From Dehalococcoidales bacterium (GTDB taxonomy: Bacteria > Chloroflexota > Dehalococcoidia > Dehalococcoidales > UBA5627), in assembly GCA_034429935.1 (NCBI GenBank), contig DAOUFJ010000023.1, positions 9,517 to 73,516 of the forward strand: 64,000 bases of DNA, read 5' to 3'. Below, in pieces: positions 61,285 through 64,000 of the stretch. The notes under the pieces are model-generated. The model saw only the letters and a list, made by a program, of their open reading frames with translations, searched no databases and had not been told where the DNA came from. The stretch's first letter is position 1, and each line of letters starts with the position of its first letter. Position numbers and translations under genes: made by a program.

Positions 61285-61371
61285 CTGCCTATCCTTAATG
61301 AAACATCTAGTACTATTGTACCATGCCTGTCAAGGGGCAAATTTACACAGGGGAAAGCTAGTTTTTCGTGC

Positions 61372-62184
61372 CTATTGAATGAATCCCAGGTACCAGTTAA
61401 GGATATCGCTGCCCCAGAGGATTGTGCATATCGCCCCGATTGATAGAAATGGGCCGAAAGCAATCGATTGCTTTCGGCTTTTTTGCCTCGCTATTATCAT
61501 AAACAAAGCGACAATTCCTCCGATGATAATGGCTAAAATTATAGCAACGAATATCAGCGGATAGCCGACAGCTAACCCGATAAGCCCCACCATCTTTATG
61601 TCACCTTCCCCCATCCCTCCCCGTGATACCAGGGCAATAATTGCGAAAATAATAAATCCGACAAAGCCGCCGAGCAGTGAACTGGCAATGCCTGATGCCC
61701 ATCCGAGAGACGCAAAATGTTCGTTGATTGCCACCGACGGCGCAAAATCGAGAGAAGGTAAAAAGATACTGATGATAAATGCCGTTACAGCACTGGGATA
61801 GACCACTTTATTGAGTATAAGATGATGTTCTATATCTATAAAAAATATTATTAAAAAGATGCAGAAGTAAAATAAAACAAGCGCCAGTTCAATCCCCAAA
61901 CCATAAAAACAATATAGCAATAAAAATCCGAGCCCGGTGCATAATTCGACAAACAATATGCGTTTGGGAATGGAGGTTTGGCAATAACGGCAGCGCCCCT
62001 TCAGGGATATATAACTGAATATGGGAATCATATCTTTAAAGGCCAGACGTTTTTCGCATTCCGGACAATGGGAAGGGGGAGAAACAATGGATTGTTTTGC
62101 CGGAAGGCGGTCTATACATACATTGAGAAAACTGCCGACAACCAACCCCAGTATCAAAATTATTATTGCCAAGACTATGTCCAT
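61372..62184 (-). CDS. pilD: Prepilin peptidase
   Basis: GSFLNVCIDRLP, SHCPEC, GRCRYC, FFIDIEH, GMGEGDIKM, FGPFL. Confidence 0.95.
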   Translation of the reverse strand: MDIVLAIIILILGLVVGSFLNVCIDRLPAKQSIVSPPSHCPECEKRLAFKDMIPIFSYISLKGRCRYCQTSIPKRILFVELCTGLGFLLLYCFYGLGIELALVLFYFCIFLIIFFIDIEHHLILNKVVYPSAVTAFIISIFLPSLDFAPSVAINEHFASLGWASGIASSLLGGFVGFIIFAIIALVSRGGMGEGDIKMVGLIGLAVGYPLIFVAIILAIIIGGIVALFMIIARQKSRKQSIAFGPFLSIGAICTILWGSDILNWYLGFIQ

Positions 62185-62457
62185 AATCCAGTTATTGTGG
62201 CTTATTTTGTTTCTTTAGTCAAGAAAGTAAAAAGCTTGCGTTCACCTTGATATTGGCAATAATAATTGGTGATTTAATCTGCTCTCTTATATAACTGTAC
62301 AATCTATAATTGCGTATCAATGAAATGGGCTGGTTGGGTCATTTCGTTGGCTAAAAGGGGGTTGATTAAAGTTCGGATTAAATATATACTATGTGCTGTA
62401 ACATACGTTGGCGGTTGTGATTACATCGATTAATAATTGTAAATTAATAAAAAGCTA

Positions 62458-62485
62458 TTGACTCCTGTTTGACGGTTGCTATAAT
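62458..62485 (+). promoter_or_regulatory. Sigma70-type promoter of the pilin gene
   Basis: TTGACT-N16-TATAAT with TG at the extended -10 position. Confidence 0.6.
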
Positions 62486-62525
62486 AAGATTGTTAGAACT
62501 ACTATTATAAAGATGGAGGAATGAG

Positions 62526-62909
62526 GTGAATATAATAGGTAAACTGGCGAAAAGAGTTCACAAGAGCGAAAAAGGATTCACTCTGATAGAACTCCTGGTT
62601 GTAATTGCCATACTCGGGGTTCTTGCTGCTGTTGCCATCCCTAATATAATTGGATTGATGGATAGCGGGAAAGAGGAAGCGGCACGAACAGAGCTACAAA
62701 CTGTGTCCTTAGCGGTATCTGTATGGAAATATCAGAATCCATCCAGTACTACTTATCCAACCTTTGATGCGCTCAAATCTTATACGGATAGCAACGGGGA
62801 AGGTTTATTTACGCAGCCGCCTACATATAACTGGGTTATTAATACTTCTACGGGAGAGGTTTCTCCTGCGTCGGATAATCCAATATATACAACAACTACA
62901 ACGGGTTAA
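62526..62909 (+). CDS. Type IV pilin (prepilin with class III signal peptide)
   Basis: GTG start after GGAGGA; KG|FTLIELLVVIAILGVLAAVAIP; 110-aa mature chain with no Cys and a TTTTTG tail. Confidence 0.92.
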   Translation: MNIIGKLAKRVHKSEKGFTLIELLVVIAILGVLAAVAIPNIIGLMDSGKEEAARTELQTVSLAVSVWKYQNPSSTTYPTFDALKSYTDSNGEGLFTQPPTYNWVINTSTGEVSPASDNPIYTTTTTG

Positions 62910-62933
62910 CAGCAATACACACTATATGAAATT

Positions 62934-62963
62934 GAAAAGAGGGGTTTTTAAACCCCTCTTTTC
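62934..62963. terminator. Bidirectional intrinsic terminator
   Basis: GAAAAGAGGGGTTT-TT-AAACCCCTCTTTTC perfect inverted repeat between convergent genes. Confidence 0.85.
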
Positions 62964-63047
62964 TTGTATAGGGAAACCCCACATTAATATCGATGCGGAC
63001 AGTAAATCGTTTGGTTAAACATTAAGTTAACGAGACAGGTATTTTTA

Positions 63048-64000
63048 TCACCATAGAAGTTTTATCTGGAAACTGAATGTGTTTATCTCGTTACTGATAT
63101 TCGAAATCAATACCGTTGAAAATTGCCCGCTGTCTTCCAAAGCGTTGGCATATTCGAATACGGATTCCTCGCTTGCGGCGATTCCGCTTATAGTCGCCTC
63201 GTCAACCGTATATGTAATCAAGGTAACATCTATAATATCTTCAGATAACCCTGTAATAATACCCATATCGCTATTTGTTTTCCCCATACTAATTGTTATA
63301 GCATCCAGTAATCTCTGCATGAGTGCGGCAGTTTCGGCATCCTCTATGGGTTCAAGATTATTTTCTATCTGGATATTAATGAGTTCCTGACGATATAGCG
63401 CCTCCTGTGATTTGGCGGTGAATTCAGCTGCGATAGATTCTAATTCAGAATCCAATGCATCGGATTCTGCTCCGAGAGCGGTTATATCGGAATTAAGGGA
63501 TGCAATTTTCGCCTGTAACAGATTATAATCGTTTTGCAGATTCGCAGTTTTGTCATACGCATTCCATAGCATTATTCCACCCAATACCAGTGCCATCAGG
63601 GCAACGAATACGGCTACGATGGACAAGATACGTTTTAAACTGAAAGACGGCGGCTGATATGCCTTGGGCAAAGCATCTATTTCTACTATAGAATAGTGAT
63701 TCCCCCCGTTTTTGGGCAGGCGACCTTTCAGGAACATGCCTGCATTGACCATATACTGGCATGAAGGAAAGTCCGGGGCAAATGAAAAAGGAGGTGCAAG
63801 CTGAACGATGGGATGCTCCAGTACGCCGAGAATTTCCTTTAATTTCTCTTCGTTATAGGTAAGGTCTCCGCAAACCAGTAAGGGAGTAGCCGCATCCAAG
63901 GCTTTGCTGGCAAAGCTTGTGTTATAAAAAGCTAGCGTTCTTACGATTTCTTCACTGATAAGAGGCAGTTTGTCCTCGAGGGCAACAGAATCGGTAGGCA
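63048..64000 (-). CDS. PilM/PilN-like pilus assembly protein, 5' end outside the window
   Basis: The frame is open to the window edge. PilM-like C-terminus (ISEEIVRTLAFY, LLVCGDL), then one TM helix, a coiled coil and a PilN-like domain (TISGIA...YANALEDSGQF). Confidence 0.65.
   Translation of the reverse strand, partial: PTDSVALEDKLPLISEEIVRTLAFYNTSFASKALDAATPLLVCGDLTYNEEKLKEILGVLEHPIVQLAPPFSFAPDFPSCQYMVNAGMFLKGRLPKNGGNHYSIVEIDALPKAYQPPSFSLKRILSIVAVFVALMALVLGGIMLWNAYDKTANLQNDYNLLQAKIASLNSDITALGAESDALDSELESIAAEFTAKSQEALYRQELINIQIENNLEPIEDAETAALMQRLLDAITISMGKTNSDMGIITGLSEDIIDVTLITYTVDEATISGIAASEESVFEYANALEDSGQFSTVLISNISNEINTFSFQIKLLW

Noticed and set aside
62185-62525. c-di-GMP riboswitch upstream of the pilin or pilD
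   Set aside because: No GEMM-type GGCAAA...GAAA two-stem motif found on either strand.
62526-62909. Conductive (e-)pilin
   Set aside because: The mature pilin has 10 aromatic residues in 110, but none between F1 and W50, so it lacks the N-terminal aromatic positions of Geobacter-type e-pilins.

Overview
A gene-dense bacterial chromosomal window, mostly housekeeping. The gene order (porGDAB; ilvD-ilvB-ilvN-ilvC-leuA-leuC-leuD-leuB-cimA; hisZ-hisG-hisD-hisC-hisB) and protein style suggest an anaerobic Chloroflexota, probably Dehalococcoidia; this is inference and was not searched. It holds two tRNAs, a 2-oxoacid:ferredoxin oxidoreductase operon, Mo/W-cofactor genes, amino acid and purine biosynthesis, pentose-phosphate genes, a DUF39/NIL-ferredoxin/UPF0280 sulfur-assimilation cluster, a type II ABC importer and type IV pilus genes. 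No integrase, transposase, prophage, rRNA or CRISPR array was seen. The best leads are: (1) a GH3 adenylating ligase + ThiF-like adenylyltransferase + 7TM-GAF-GGDEF-HD-GYP cassette next to two small regulators and pilus genes, a possible small-molecule/c-di-GMP signalling system; (2) an internally duplicated HisG whose halves are degenerate in complementary motifs; (3) a Tat-signal ApbE paralogue lacking the usual catalytic His and Lys; (4) a dispersed Mo/W regulon (candidate P3-less Moco riboswitch, ModE box, second MoeA, downstream importer); (5) a CTG-start purD, an ilv-leu leader attenuator and modular REP-like palindromes. All assignments come from reading motifs by eye; no database searches were run.
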